Shown here: positions 11,410 to 24,840 of the stretch, piece by piece
Numbering within the stretch: position 1 is the first letter of the stretch
How the letters are laid out: each line of letters opens with the position of its first letter
Assembly: GCF_963921235.1 (NCBI RefSeq)
Contig: NC_086097.1
Location: 66,900,001 to 66,964,000, forward strand
DNA length: 64,000 nucleotides
Direction: 5' to 3'
Source of the DNA: Mobula hypostoma
Taxonomy: Eukaryota
Notes under the pieces: generated by a model
Databases searched by the model: none
What the model saw: the letters and a program-made list of their open reading frames with translations, nothing else
Told to the model about the DNA's origin: nothing
Position numbers and translations under genes: made by a program

Positions 11410-12565
11410 TTAGAACATAAGAAATAGAAATAGGAGTAGGCCAGTAGGCCACTTGGCCTGATGAGCCTGCTGTGATATTGAATAAAATCATGGCTGATCC
11501 AGCATTGGTCTCAGCTCCACCCACCTGCATTTTCATCATAACCCCAAATTCCCCTGCTATGCAAAAATCTATTTAACTGCGTCTTAAAATATATTTAATG
11601 AGGTAGCTTCTGCTGCATCTCCGGCCAGAAAAAAATCCACTATTCACTGCTCTCTAGGAAAAGCAGTTTCTCATCTCTGTCCAAATTTTATTTCCCCAAA
11701 ACTTGAGACTATATCTGTTATTACTAGTCTTACCAACCAGTAGAAACATCTTTACTGCCTCTACCTTATGTATCCCTTTCCTAATGTTTATGTTTCTATA
11801 ATAATCCATTTGGCTCCTTCATAACCTTCTGCACTTGCAAACCAACCTTATATTGACAATATAAGCTCTAAGGAGCTGAATGATGAGTTCATCTAGGTAC
11901 AGGGAAAAAAATCACTAGTGGGAGTTACCTATACGTCACTGAATAATAACATTATAGTGGCATGGCCAATAAAACAAGACATAACCCAATGAATCTGATG
12001 CATGTAAGAGTCTATAGGTCACTGAATAATGACACAGTGGCCTGGGCAATAAAGTAAGAAATAACCTGATTTATGTAGGAATGGAACAACATTTGTCATG
12101 GGGGATTTTAAGTTACACGTAGATTGGGTGAAGTTGTTCAAAGCAGTCATGAGGACTTCATAGGATGTATCCATGTTAGCTTTCTTGAACAACTGCTAAT
12201 GAATCTACACAAGGAAAAATGCTATCTGGCCCTGTGCAATGATACAAGTAAAAGTAATGATCTTGTAGTTACAGATCCTCTTGTAAAGAGTGATCACAGT
12301 AAGTCTGAACTTCTCATAAAAATGGATGGTTCAACAGTTTGATATAAAACCAGTATATAATGCCTAAACAAGGGAGTCTACAATGAGATGAGGAAGAAGT
12401 TGGCCAGCACAGACTGGCAACACAGACTGTATGGTGGAACAGTGGAATACTTTTGAAAAAGTTTTTCACCATGCTCAAAAAAAGTATATTCCAGTTAAAA
12501 GCTAGGACAGTAAGGATGGAGAGAGCCAGCCTTGGATAACTAAGGAAATAAAAGAAGGCATCAAT
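11410..12565. mobile_element. Old CR1 fragments (minus-strand 3' end ~11410-11830; plus-strand endonuclease remnants ~11860-12565)
   Basis: CR1 3' UTR motif and degraded ORF2 remnants. Confidence 0.6.
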
Positions 12566-12589
12566 GACCACTCTTAAAGAACAAAACTT

Positions 12590-13997
12590 AATTGTGAAAA
12601 TAGATGGGATTCCCATTGTTTATTTGGGACACTATGCCACATTATTGGACAGGAGACTGTCACTGAAGTTTCTCACTAGCGTCAGTCATGTGCACTTGTG
12701 TAGCCGTTAGACACTACACCATGTTTAGAGTGAACAGTCTTTAAATAGCATCAGTTGTGTATATTTGTGTTCAAAAAGCAGTGATTACTGATAGTTCGTG
12801 AGAAAAAGCAGTAAGACAATTCAGAGTTTTCCTTACAGCAGTTTCAACCATTCAGGCCTGAAGATACCAGAAACAGCCAGGAATGAAAATAAAATGACTT
12901 CACTACTTTAACAAGTTAGGAACTATGAAAATGAAAGATTACCATGAAAATGAAGATTTTGAGGTTGCAATCATTGTATGAAGGTAATCTATTATCTGCA
13001 CTAGGTGTCTGCACCGATTTTGTTCATTTTGTCAATCAAAAGAACATGCAGCATACGCTAGATGAATTTCTCTGTCAATAATTATTAGGAACTAATACAT
13101 AGTTTTACTGTAGTAATATTGGTAGTGTTCTAATTTATTTTGTATTTTATTTAAGTCATATTTTTTAGTCATAGTCATACTTTATTGATCCCGGGGGAAA
13201 TTGGTTTTCGTTACAGTTGCACCATAAATAATTAAATAGTAATAAAATCATAAATGGTTAAATAGTAATATGTAAATTATGCCAGTAAATTATGAAATAA
13301 GTCCAGGACCAGCCTATTGGCTCAGCGTGTCTGACCCTCCAAGGGAGGAGTTGTAAAGTTTGATGGCCACAGGCAGGAATGACTTCCTATGACGCTCTGT
13401 GTTGCATCTCGGTGGAATGAGTCTCTGTCTGAATGTACTCCTGTGCCCAACCAGTACATTATGTAGTGGATGGGAGACATTGTCCAAGATGGCATGCAAC
13501 TTGAACAGCATCCTCTTTTCAGACACCACCATCAGAGAGTCCAGTTCCATCCCCACATCACTGGCCTTACGAATGAGTTTGTTGATTCTGTTTGTGTCTG
13601 CTACCCTCAGCCTGCTGCCCCAGCACACAACAGCAAACATGATCGCACTGGCCACCACAGACTCATAGAACATCCTCAGCATCGTCCGACAGATGTTAAA
13701 GGACCTCAGTCTCCTCAGGAAATAGAGACGGCTCTGACCCTTCTTGTAGACAGCCGCAGTGTTCTTTGACCAGTCCAGTTTATTGTCAATTCGTATCCCC
13801 AGGTATTTGTAGTCCTCCACCAGTTCACATCCCCAGGTATTTGTAACCCTCCACCTATTTACTCAGTTAAATATTAGCTTGTCATTCTTACACTTTTTTT
13901 TAACCTTTCCATGAAATTTCAGCTAATTGGGTCAGCCACTTAAGTTGTCCAAAGTGTACTGGCCCCGGTTTATTCCAATTAACTGAAATCCACTGTA
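12590..13997. mobile_element. Degraded Tigger-like DNA transposon remnant split by a Rex1 insertion
   Basis: Right end ...ccaattaactgaaatccactg-ta resembles a Tigger TIR followed by TA. Confidence 0.45.
13165..13855 (-). mobile_element. Rex1/Babar non-LTR retrotransposon 3' end, young
   Basis: Open ORF 13314..13820 (YKYLGIRIDNKLDWSKNTAAVYKKGQSRLYFLRRLRSF); 3' end aatttcccccgggatcaataaagta followed by a (tgacta)n tail. Confidence 0.9.
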
Positions 13998-15149
13998 CTT
14001 AAAGGGATACAGGCAAATAAGATTAACTCAGGTAGGCACATGGATGAATTAGGCTAAAGAGCTTGTTTCCATGCTGTAAAACTTCATGACTCATTACCTT
14101 TGCTGTTCGACATACATGTAACAATATTATGTCATTTGATTTTCTCCAAGTTATATTCTCACACCCTCAAAATCAATCATTTTCCCAACCTTTGTCACAT
14201 TCGAGACCCTTTCCATTTATTATCCTACATTTTTGGCACGATTACTTGTAGGTTTCTCTATTTATACCTACCCTAGCTCATGTTCTATTACTAGATACAC
14301 TGACAATTCCTCCTTTATTCTTGCATTCTGGGTTAGAAAGGTGTCTTCTGCACAACTTGTTGATCTCCTTTATTTTGCTAGCAAATTAATTTTGAAGTAA
14401 ATTTCTAATATTATTCCATGTCTGTTACTCATTCTCATAATTTGCTTGGATTAGGCACTATTTATAAGGAAGGTATTCGGCACTATTCATAAGCAAAGAA
14501 ATGAGAAGGGTGTTGGGGTTCATCAGAGCAGTTGCTGTGCATTTGGGAAGTTGTATAGCCATAACCAAGTGTAGAAAATTGAAGTTAATGACAACCCCAC
14601 ATCACTTTGGAGGGATAGTGTAAATGTATTACATTAAGAGAATGAGCAAGATACTGTATTTTGAAAGTTTTGAAAGCACATTTAAAACGTCATTGGATTA
14701 CAGGTACTTAACAATCTGCTACTTAAAGTATACCTCAGTGAGCTTCCCTTGGGACAACTGTACATTTTCACTCCTAACACGTTACAACTAACAACTTGCT
14801 AACATGCAAAGCAAGGCACTTAAAGCAAACATGTGAAGCTGCAAAACCACAAACCTTTCAATCCCAAACCATAATTTATTCCAACAATAAAGCTAACGAA
14901 ACAATCTTGAAGGGCCCAATTAACCGTAGTTAATTAACTTAGTTAAAAATAGTTACTAATTGAATTTCACAACATACAGCAAAGATTTACTAGAAGGTAT
15001 AGTTCCACAACCAGCAATGAAGTAATTAGCCTGATTAATTTCTTTGATGAGGTGAAATGAATGTGGCAAGTGGGATGGATAAACGTCATCTCGGATAACA
15101 AGACCACTTCGTTGTTCAAATGTCTGTAGTGGAACCCTAATCCATGGAG

Positions 15150-15990
15150 CTGTCACGCGTTCACCTACTCGGATTTCTATACAGGTGGTGTAAGGTTCCG
15201 TGCGACCGAATCTGAACGCACACGTCAATACCACAAATTGAGTGGTCCTGCAATTCCATACAACCCAGGCTGGTGCAGGATTCTCCCACACTCCACGGAA
15301 CCCCAACTCGGGATTAGTTATCTCGGGCTCCACGCAGACTCAGAGCCCGGTTATCCCGGGCTCTACGCAGCCATACAGCCGGGTGAGGTGTAGCTTGTCC
15401 CGGGCTCCACTCAGCCCCAGAGCCCGGACTGGGGCTGGGTTATCCAGCATACCACGCAGCCCAAAAGCTCCAAGCCGCTGACAGCTCGGCAACTGCGAGT
15501 CTGCGGCTCTACCGTTGCCTCCATTGATTGACCGCATTAAATGTTGCCGTGAATTAAAGCAGCCACCTACCTGCGACAGTTCCCGACTCGGAGCCCTCTC
15601 GGCCGGCGTTACTGCAGTAACCGGCACCGCTGACGCTGTCAATATGGCGGAAGGCTGTGCCACGTCGAGACAGAGGGCGGCCGCTCCCGGGTCCCGCCCC
15701 AGGAACACCGCAGTGTTTGCCGCCAACTGCCTGCAGAAAGGAGGTCTATTCTCTCCCGAAAAAGCTTGAGTATAAACTTCGCGCACCCTTGAAGTTCAGC
15801 TGAAGGTTAACGAGGGCACTGCCAGCCTCCCGGGAGGTGTCCATTATCTTCAACGTCCTGGCTGAATACGGCGACCCCAAACCGTAGGGCTTCCAAGTCG
15901 TTCCCCGGACCAAAAGGGGCATCCGCCTCTCCATGATCAAAGTTCCCCTCTTGGGGCAGTACTATACAATCTTGTGGCGCATCAAAATAA
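15150..15990 (-). promoter_or_regulatory. CpG-island promoter of the gene downstream of SRP54 (possibly FAM177A1 by synteny); putative non-coding exon 1 ~15571-15660
   Basis: CpG-rich island in a CpG-poor background; YY1-like CCGCCATATT (15641-15650); GC box at ~15693-15700; strong donor CAG|gtaggt at 15571. Confidence 0.6.
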
Positions 15991-16355
15991 AAGCTCAACA
16001 TAAACAACCAGAGGTCCTAATAAAAAATAAAAAGATAAACACAAAAAAATCTGCAGATGCTGGAAATCCAAAACAACATACACAAATTGCTGAAGGAACT
16101 CAGGAACAAACAGTGGACGTTACGGGCTAAGACACTTCAGGACCCTATTTCAAGGTAAACAGAACCTCCCTACCTAAGTCATCGTGTTATCCATGTCGAT
16201 GCCTAAAGGTCACAGTAGTCTTAAAATAAAACAAAACAAAGAGCTAAATCGCAGTGTCCACGTAATTAAATCATCCTTGCTTAGATAATTCAAAGATGAT
16301 GAATGTAAAAAATTAAAGAGTAAGCCAAAGCCTTTGCTTTACATTCCAACCTCTC

Positions 16356-16400
16356 ACCCTCGCCCCCCCCCCGACCCTCGCCCCCCCCGGACCCTCGCCC
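16356..16400. repeat. C-rich tandem repeat (accctcgccccccccg)x~2.5, G-quadruplex-forming on the minus strand
   Basis: Direct reading; six runs of three or more G on the minus strand. Confidence 0.8.
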
Positions 16401-17355
16401 GTAACTAACAAGGGAAATGTACAGTTGAGCAATTTATATCAACAAGATATAATTAAAAACATAACTACCTATTTTGGAAATCAAACAATTACATGGCTGA
16501 TATCAGCAAGTGTGAATATAAAACTATTTTAAACCGAAAAAAATCCTAGGTAGATTCTTCCTCCCAATTAAAAGGTGGTTAAGTAAATAATATACTGGGA
16601 TTTCTTATTTTTAATTCATACCCTTCTCATTTTGTCATGTACATTTAATGCTGATACAATATTTGTGAATGTTTTTGAAAAATTAAGGGTACCTTATATC
16701 ATTATAATAGTTTCAGTTGGATCAGACTTTCAATTACATAGTTGTGTTATACACAAAATATAACTAAGAATTGCTGTTTGGCATTAGTTTATAAACGTCA
16801 ATGTTATGGATAATTACATAATCTAGAACCCCAACATGTAATTAGACCTCAACTAGGATAGCAAGGTGGTACCATAAATAACCTCAGTGTCTCAGGGGGT
16901 AAGGAAAAGAAACACAGGAGGATGAATAAACCCCTTTTTGAGAAGTGTATACTGTATCTGAAACTAAACTCTAAAGAAATACAAATAAAAGCAGTATCAG
17001 CTGATTGTTTTCATGACTTACTAGCTTTGAAAAACTGATAAAAGATCAAATCTATTTACATAGCTGCTGCTTTCTACCAGAATAACCAATGTGCTTTGAA
17101 TAAAGTTACTTAAGTAAAGTCATTTATGCAGGCAAACAATAGTGCTGATTAACACAGTAATGCTAGATTTGAAAAAAAAGCAACTTTCCATGGTTTTTAA
17201 ATCCCAGACTCCTTGTGGACTAAGAGTCAACAAAGAGTTAAAAGAATCCAATAATTACTCATCCCACACTTGAATTCTGAAAATATATAGCAATGGAAAT
17301 CACTACACAGGAACAAGATCAATGAAAAGTTCACCCAACCTGGATTTAATTTTAA

Positions 17356-17570
17356 AAACGCAAACAACAGGAATTCTGCAGGTGCTGGAAATTCAAGCAA
17401 CACACATCAAAGTTGCTGGTGAACGCAGCAGGCCAGGCAGCATCTCTAGGAAGAGGTATAGTCGATGTTTCAGGCTGAGACCCTTCATCAGGACCTGAAA
17501 CGTCGACTGTACCTCTTCCTAGAGATGCTGCCTGGCCTGCGGCGTTCACCAGCAACTTTGATGTGTGTTG
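17356..17570. mobile_element. Mini fold-back Penelope insertion whose inversion point lies in the hammerhead
   Basis: Head-to-head pLTR ends; 16-bp TSD ctggatttaattttaa (17340-17355 / 17571-17586). Confidence 0.9.
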
Positions 17571-18806
17571 CTGGATTTAATTTTAAGTCTTTGCTGTCTA
17601 TATTGTAACTCAAACCACTTTCTTTTCACCCATTATCTCCCTAACATTGCTGAGCTTCAGTGGGCTCCCTATCACTATCTCAATGTTAAATACTTTTACA
17701 GCCTCAGCTCTCTTTCTCTTCAAATTCCGTTAAGCCCTATAATTTAACAACAAATCTGTTCCTCTATTTCTGATGTTTTTGGCATTGGCATTGTTAAGTA
17801 AAGGAGGCCATGCTATTTAAGCCCCAAGTCTAAATCAAAATCTCAGCCTCTCCAATATACTTTTATAACTTTGCCTCAAATCTTATGATTTTCTTATGCC
17901 TCTCTTTTTTACTCAAAGTTCAAGGTAAATTTATTAACAATATACAACCATATACAACCCTGAGATTTGTATTCTTGCAGGATGTAGTTTATAATATTTT
18001 ATGTTAAAAGATGCTCCAGAAGGAATGTTGTTATTTAGTTAAAAGGGCCACATTTCCCCCTTATGCTATTGATTTTTCTCACTCCATTTATTGCAACTGT
18101 GTTATCCATATTTTTCTTCCTACATAGGCAGAACCAATTCTTAATCTATTAGCAGAATTAAATTATTTCACTAACAATGGAAAAAAAATTCCTGCAACTT
18201 TCTTGTCCTCCATGAGAATGCCAAACCTCTTTGTTGTCTTTTTTACTTCTTCTCTATACCTCCCAGCCTAGCCAGGTACTTGTCAACAGAATTATGGTTT
18301 TCAAACCATCAACATTCATATTAAGCATGTTTAGGCATATGAATTTCATAATGACACTAAAATAAAGACAACATAATATTTGTAAGAAGCAATTCATTTA
18401 TGAAAATCTTCATTTCATTTTGAACAAAGCACTGCATTTACAAATTATACATTGTTTGCTTATCTGTGCAAACAATTAAGTAAATTAATGTAATTCTAAT
18501 TTTACATGATTGTTTTATTTGTACTTTACAGCATAAAGTGAGAAACATACTTGAAAATATTGGCTAAAGGAATATTTTATTTCACCCAATATTATTTGAG
18601 CAATGAATCTTCAGCAGTTACATTAAATGATTTTACTTTTTCCTGTTCAACATATCCAAATAGAATACAATGAAATCAATCATATAACAATATTATTCAA
18701 TAATTTTAAGGTTTAAAAACTCTATTTCCTCCCTCCCCCTTCCAAAGGAAAAAAGGTTTATATTTTTCATCTTCCAAATTTGCCAAGTTTATTTATGGCA
18801 CTTGTT

Positions 18807-18992
<186 letters not shown>

Positions 18993-19110
18993 TCACCTAG
19001 ATGGACTGTTTGGGGCCTTGAATGATGATGAGGGAGGTGCAGGGGCAAGTGTAGCACTTGTCCTGGCACCTATCCCTACAAGTATGAAAAAATGCACTAC
19101 AGTTTTATCT

Positions 19111-19242
19111 CCGCAAACATGAGTTCTTACTAGCTCTTCTTTGTTAGTTCTGACGAAGGGTCTCAGCCTGAAACGCCGACAATACCTCTTCCTAGAGATG
19201 CTGCCTGGCCTGCTGCATTTCACCAGCAACTTTGATGTGTGT
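19111..19242. mobile_element. Mini Penelope insertion in the last SRP54 intron
   Basis: Short inverted terminus cgcaaacatgag, then a pLTR with a degenerate hammerhead; 13-bp TSD tacagttttatct. Confidence 0.85.
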
Positions 19243-19282
19243 TACAGTTTTATCTGATAGGTTTTCTAAACAGGAAAACCTA

Positions 19283-19531
<249 letters not shown>

Positions 19532-19938
19532 TCAAGAGTAAAAGATCAAGTTATATATACTCATATTAAACATAAAAGCTGTAATTCCCTTTTTAAAAAC
19601 TGGCTTTAGTTCACAATGACTCTCTCAATAATTCCTTGTATGCAGTCACCAATCAACTTTTGAGTCTGTGTCAGCTCTCTCAATAATCCTGTCAATTCAG
19701 CTCATTCATATTGCGACTCACAGAGAGGCTACAGGAGGCCACAATTAGACCCGAGTTGGTGGAGCAATGAAGCATGAGCTGCTGAGCCACTGAGCTGTTC
19801 GGATATCGTTTTTGCCTTTCGCAGTTTTCAGTATCATACTGAGAATGCTAAAGCATGTTTAACACCTCTTGTTATTTCGCTGTTGTCAGGATACAGGAAA
19901 CATGGTTATTCTAGAATTCTACAATCCTGCAAAACCTA

Positions 19939-20166
<228 letters not shown>

Positions 20167-21189
20167 TCAGATTTATACTTGTCAATCAAGAAATTTGACA
20201 CTATTAAAGACAGATGCCTATTCCCATCTTAAGCCATGTACTCTCTTTAACAGCAGCATACAATAGTTAATGTACACCATCTACAAGCCACTGAAAACAC
20301 ATTCATGTAGAGCCTTGATCAGATCTGAAACATAACATTGAGCTCTTGGTATCACACAGTCTGATGAGAATGGGACATTGAGAGCTTAGTGTGTATTCAT
20401 CTGCAAAGAAACGATCATCCAGAGGATCACCCAGACGGACTTGAAGCAGATGTCTTTACAGTTGAAAGTTCCAACTTTTGTACTCTAGTCTACTCAGAAT
20501 AAAGAATAACAAGGCAATTAGCCAATTACATTTTATTCCTGGATGCTACATTTTGGGCTTTTGGACCCATTTCCCAAAAATCACTCTCCTCCAGAGATCC
20601 AAATCTGTCAGCATTTCAAAAATATTTGTTCCATCTTTTTCTTCAGATAATGTGAACCAAAGAATTTGATGGGAGACAGTAGTTAGCAAAGAATATATTA
20701 ATAGAACATCGCAGAGAATCGATAGTAAAGTGTTAGTAAAAAGTAGAGAAATAGAATGTAACATAATGAAGTAGTTCAATAAATTTAGGGTAATTTCTTC
20801 AAGATAAATGCACTAAGTAGAGGATAGTATATCATGGAAAGAATATTTTCCTAATAAACAGCTGTGAATAGAAGAATAAGGTGCAAAAATCAATCCCCAT
20901 TTTTATTGCTTTACATTATGAACGTCTTATGCCCCTTTGCAACATTCTGTTCCCAACTACATAATTAAATATAATTTTTTAACTTAGTGCCAACAGCAAA
21001 ATTTCACATACAAACTTTCCCATACAACATTTTCCTATTTCATCCAACTCATTAATGTACATGGTGCGAAGCCAAGGTCCAGTACAGATTTAGACACTCC
21101 TACAAAATATATTTATTTGTTCCTTGTTTCCACCTGCCTATCCTTTATCAGTCTATTGTTACCTTATTATTTCTGGTCTGCTTATTCAT

Positions 21190-24100
21190 GTAGAAACATG
21201 GAAGGCCTACAGCACAATACAGGCCCTTTGGCCCACAATGCTGCGCCAAACATATACTTACTTTAGAAATTACCTAGGGTTACCCATAGCCCTGTAATTT
21301 TCTAAGCTCCATATACCTATCCAAGAGCCTCTTAAAAGACCCTATTATATCCGCCTCCACCACTGTCGCCGGCAACCTATTCCACGCACTCACCACCCTG
21401 CGTAAAAAAACTTACCCCTGACATCTCCTCTGTACCTGCTTCCAAGCACCTTAAAACTGTGCCCTTTCGTGTTAGTCATTTCAGCCCTGGGAAAAAGCCT
21501 CTGACTATCCACACAAGCAATGCCTCTCATCATCTTATACACCTCTATCAAGTTCACTCAACCTATTCTCAAAAGGCTCCCCAATCCAGGCACCATCCTT
21601 GTAAATCTCCTCTTTCTATAGCTTCCATATCCATAGAGGTGACTAGATACTGAGTACAGTACTCCAAGTGGGGTCTGACCAGGGTCCTATGTAGCTGTAT
21701 CACTACCTCCCAGCTCTTAAACTCAATCCCACGGTTGATGAACGCCAATGCACCATATGCTTTCTTAACCACAAAGTCAACCTGCACAGCAGCTTTGAGT
21801 GTCCTATGAACACAGACCCCAAGATCCCGCTATCCTCCACACTGCCAAGCGTCTTGCCATTAATACTACATTATGTCATCATATTTGACCTACCAAAATG
21901 AACCACGTCACACTTATCTGGGTTGAACTCCATCTGCCACTTCTCAGCCCAGTTTTGCATCCTGTCAATGTCCCGCTGTAACCTCTGACAGTCCTCCACA
22001 CTATCCACAACACCCTCAACCTTTCTGTCACCAGCAAATTTACTAGCCCATCCTTCCACCTCCTCATCCAGGTCATTTATAAAAATCATGAAGAGAACGG
22101 GTCCCAGAACAGATCCGAGGCACACCACTGGTCACTGACCTCCATGCAGAATATGACCCATCTACAACCACTCTTTGCCTTCTGTGGGCAAGCCAATTCT
22201 GGATCCACAACGCAAGGTCCCCTTGGATCCCATGCCTCCATACTTTCTCAATAAGCCTTGCATAGGGTACCTTATCAAATGCCTTGCTGAAATCCATATA
22301 CACATCATCTACTGCTCTACCTTCATTAATGTGTTTAGTCACATCTCAAAAAACTCAATCAGGCTCGTAAGGCACAATCTGCCTTTGACAAAACCATGCT
22401 GACTATTCCTAATCATATTATGCCTCTCCAAATGTTCATAAATCCTGCCTTCAGGATTTTTTCCATCAACTTACCAACCACTGAATTAAAACTCACTGGT
22501 CTTTAATGTCCTGGGTTATCTCTACTCCGTTTTTTTGAATAAGTGAACAACATCTGAAACGCTCCAATCCTCCAAAACCTGTCCCATTTAAAGGTTGCAT
22601 GGATGAACTACAACAATTGTTCATCCCAGTTTGGCAAAAGAATAAATCAAGGAAGGTAGTGCACCCGTGGCTGACAAGAGAAATTAGGGATAGTATCAAT
22701 TCCAAAGAAGAAGCATACAAATTAGCCAGAGAAAGTGGCTCACCTGAGGGCTGGGAGAAATTCAGAGTTCAGCAGAGGAGGACAAAGGGCTTAATTAGGA
22801 AGGGGAAAAAAGATTATGAGAGAAAACTGGCAGGGAACATAAAAACGGACTGTAAAAGCTTTTATAGATATGTAAAAAGGAAAAGACTGGTAAAGACAAA
22901 TGTAGGTCCTCGGCAGACAGAAACAGGTGAATTGATTATGGGGAGCAAGGACATGGCAGACCAATTGAATAATTACTTTGGTTCTGTCTTCACTAAGGAG
23001 GACATAAATAATCTTCCAGAAATAGTAAGGGACAGAGGGTCCAGTGAGATGGAGGAACTGAGCGAAATACATGTTAGTAGGGAAGTGGTGTTAGGTAAAT
23101 TGAAGGGATTGAAGGTAGATAAATCCCCAGGGCCAGATGGTCTGCATCCTAGAGTGCTTAAGGAAGTAGCCCAAGAAATAGTGGATGCATTAGTGATAAT
23201 TTTTCAAAACTCGTTAGATTCTGGACTAGGTTCCTGAGGATTGGAGGGTAGCTAATGTAACCCCACTTTTTAAAAAAGGAGGGAGAGAGAAACCAGGGAA
23301 TTATAGACCGGTTAGCCGAACGTCGGTGGTGGGGAAACTGCTGGAGTCAGTTATCAAGGATGTGATAACAGCACATTTGGAAAACGGTGAAATGATCGGA
23401 CAAAGTCAGCATGGATTTGTGAAAGGAAAATCATGTCTGACGAATCTCATAGAATTTTTTGAGGATGTAACTAGTAGAGTGGATAGGGGAGAACCAGTGG
23501 ATGTGGTATATTTGGATTTTCAAAAGGCTTTTGACAAGGTCCCACACAGGAGATTAGTGTGCAAACTTAAAGCACACGGTATTGGGGGTAAGGTATTGGT
23601 GTGGGTGGAGAATTGGTTAGCAGACAGGAAGCAAAGAGTGGGAATAAACGGGACCTTTTCAGAATGGCAGGCGATGACTAGTGGGGTACCGCAAGGCTCA
23701 GTGCTGGGACCCCAGTTGTTTACAATATATATTAATGACTTGGATGAGGGAATTAAATGCAGCATCTCCAAGTCTGCAGATGACACGAAGCTGGGTGGCA
23801 GTGTTAGCAGTGAGGAGGATGCTAAGAGGATGCAGGGTGACTTGGATAGGTTGGGTGAGTGGGCAAATTCATGGCAGATGCAATTTAATGTGGATAAATG
23901 TGAAGTTATCCACTTTGGTGGCAAAAATAGGAAAACAGATTATTATCTGAATGGTGGCCGATTAGGAAAAGGAAGGTGCAACGAGACCTGGGTGTCATTA
24001 TACACCAGTCATTGAAAGTGGGCATGCAGGTACAGCAGGCGGTGAAAAAGGCGAATGGTATGCTGGCATTTATAGCGAGAGGATTCGAGTACAGGAGCAG

Positions 24101-24840
24101 GGAGGTACTACTGCAGTTGTACAAGGCCTTGGTGAGACCACACCTGGAGTATTGTGTGCAGTTTTGGTCCCCTAATCTGAGGAAAGACATCTTTGCCATA
24201 GAGGGAGTACAAAGAAGGTTCACCAGATTGATTCCTGGGATGGCAGGACTTTCATATGAAGAAAGACTGGATGAACTGGGCTTGTACTCGTTGGAATTTA
24301 GAAGATTGAGGGGGGATCTGATTGAAACGTATAAGATCCTAAAGGGATTGGACAGGCTAGATGCAGGAAGATTGTTCCCGATGTTGGGGAAGTCCAGAAC
24401 GAGGGGTCACAGTTTGAGGATAGAGGGGAAGCCTTTTAGGACCGAGATTAGGAAAAACTTCTTCACACAGAGAGTGGTGAATATGTGGAATTCTCTGCCA
24501 CAGGAAACTGTTGAGGCCAGTTCATTGGCTATATTTAAGAGGGAGTTAGATATGGCCCTTGTGGCTACGGGGGTCAGGGGGTATGGAGGGAAGGCTGGGG
24601 CGGGGTTCTGAGTTGGATGATCAGCCATGATAATAAATGGCGGTGCAAGCTCGAAGGGCTGAATGGCCTACTCCTGCACCTATTTTCTATGTTTCTATGT
24701 TTCTATTCTCATTGATGATGCAAAGATTATTGCCAGATGCTCAGCAGTCTCCTCCCTCACCGCCCACAATAACCCGGAGACTTGTCCAACTTGGTGCTTT
24801 CCAAAAGCTCTAGCACATCCTCTTTCTTAATGTCTATATG
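21190..24840 (-). mobile_element. CR1 LINE (minus strand) interrupted by a younger plus-strand CR1
   Basis: RT remnants in ORFs 21569-22342 (YMDFSKAFDKVP, QRLQRDIDRM); homology resumes after 24706. Confidence 0.85.
22587..24706 (+). mobile_element. Young 5'-truncated CR1 LINE (RT nearly intact, few frameshifts)
   Basis: ORFs 22599..23237, 23326..24015 (YLDFQKAFDKVPH, GVPQGSVLGP, SADDTK) and 23976..24611; (tttctatg)n tail. Confidence 0.95.

Noticed and set aside
11935..12070. ~80-bp tandem duplication
   Set aside because: Lies within a dead CR1 remnant; ordinary decay
15340..15786. 148-aa minus ORF and the plus-strand MAEGCATSR... ORF in the CpG island
   Set aside because: GC-rich promoter DNA is depleted of stop codons; no recognisable homology; the ATG lies in a YY1-like motif
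17356..17570. miRNA precursor or CRISPR-like repeat
   Set aside because: The hairpin is fully explained by inverted Penelope pLTR ends with a TSD; no repeat-spacer array; eukaryotic context
22791..24628. Minus-strand ORFs opposite CR1 RT (and similar antisense ORFs across the window)
   Set aside because: Shadow ORFs on the antisense strand of LINE and transposase sequence
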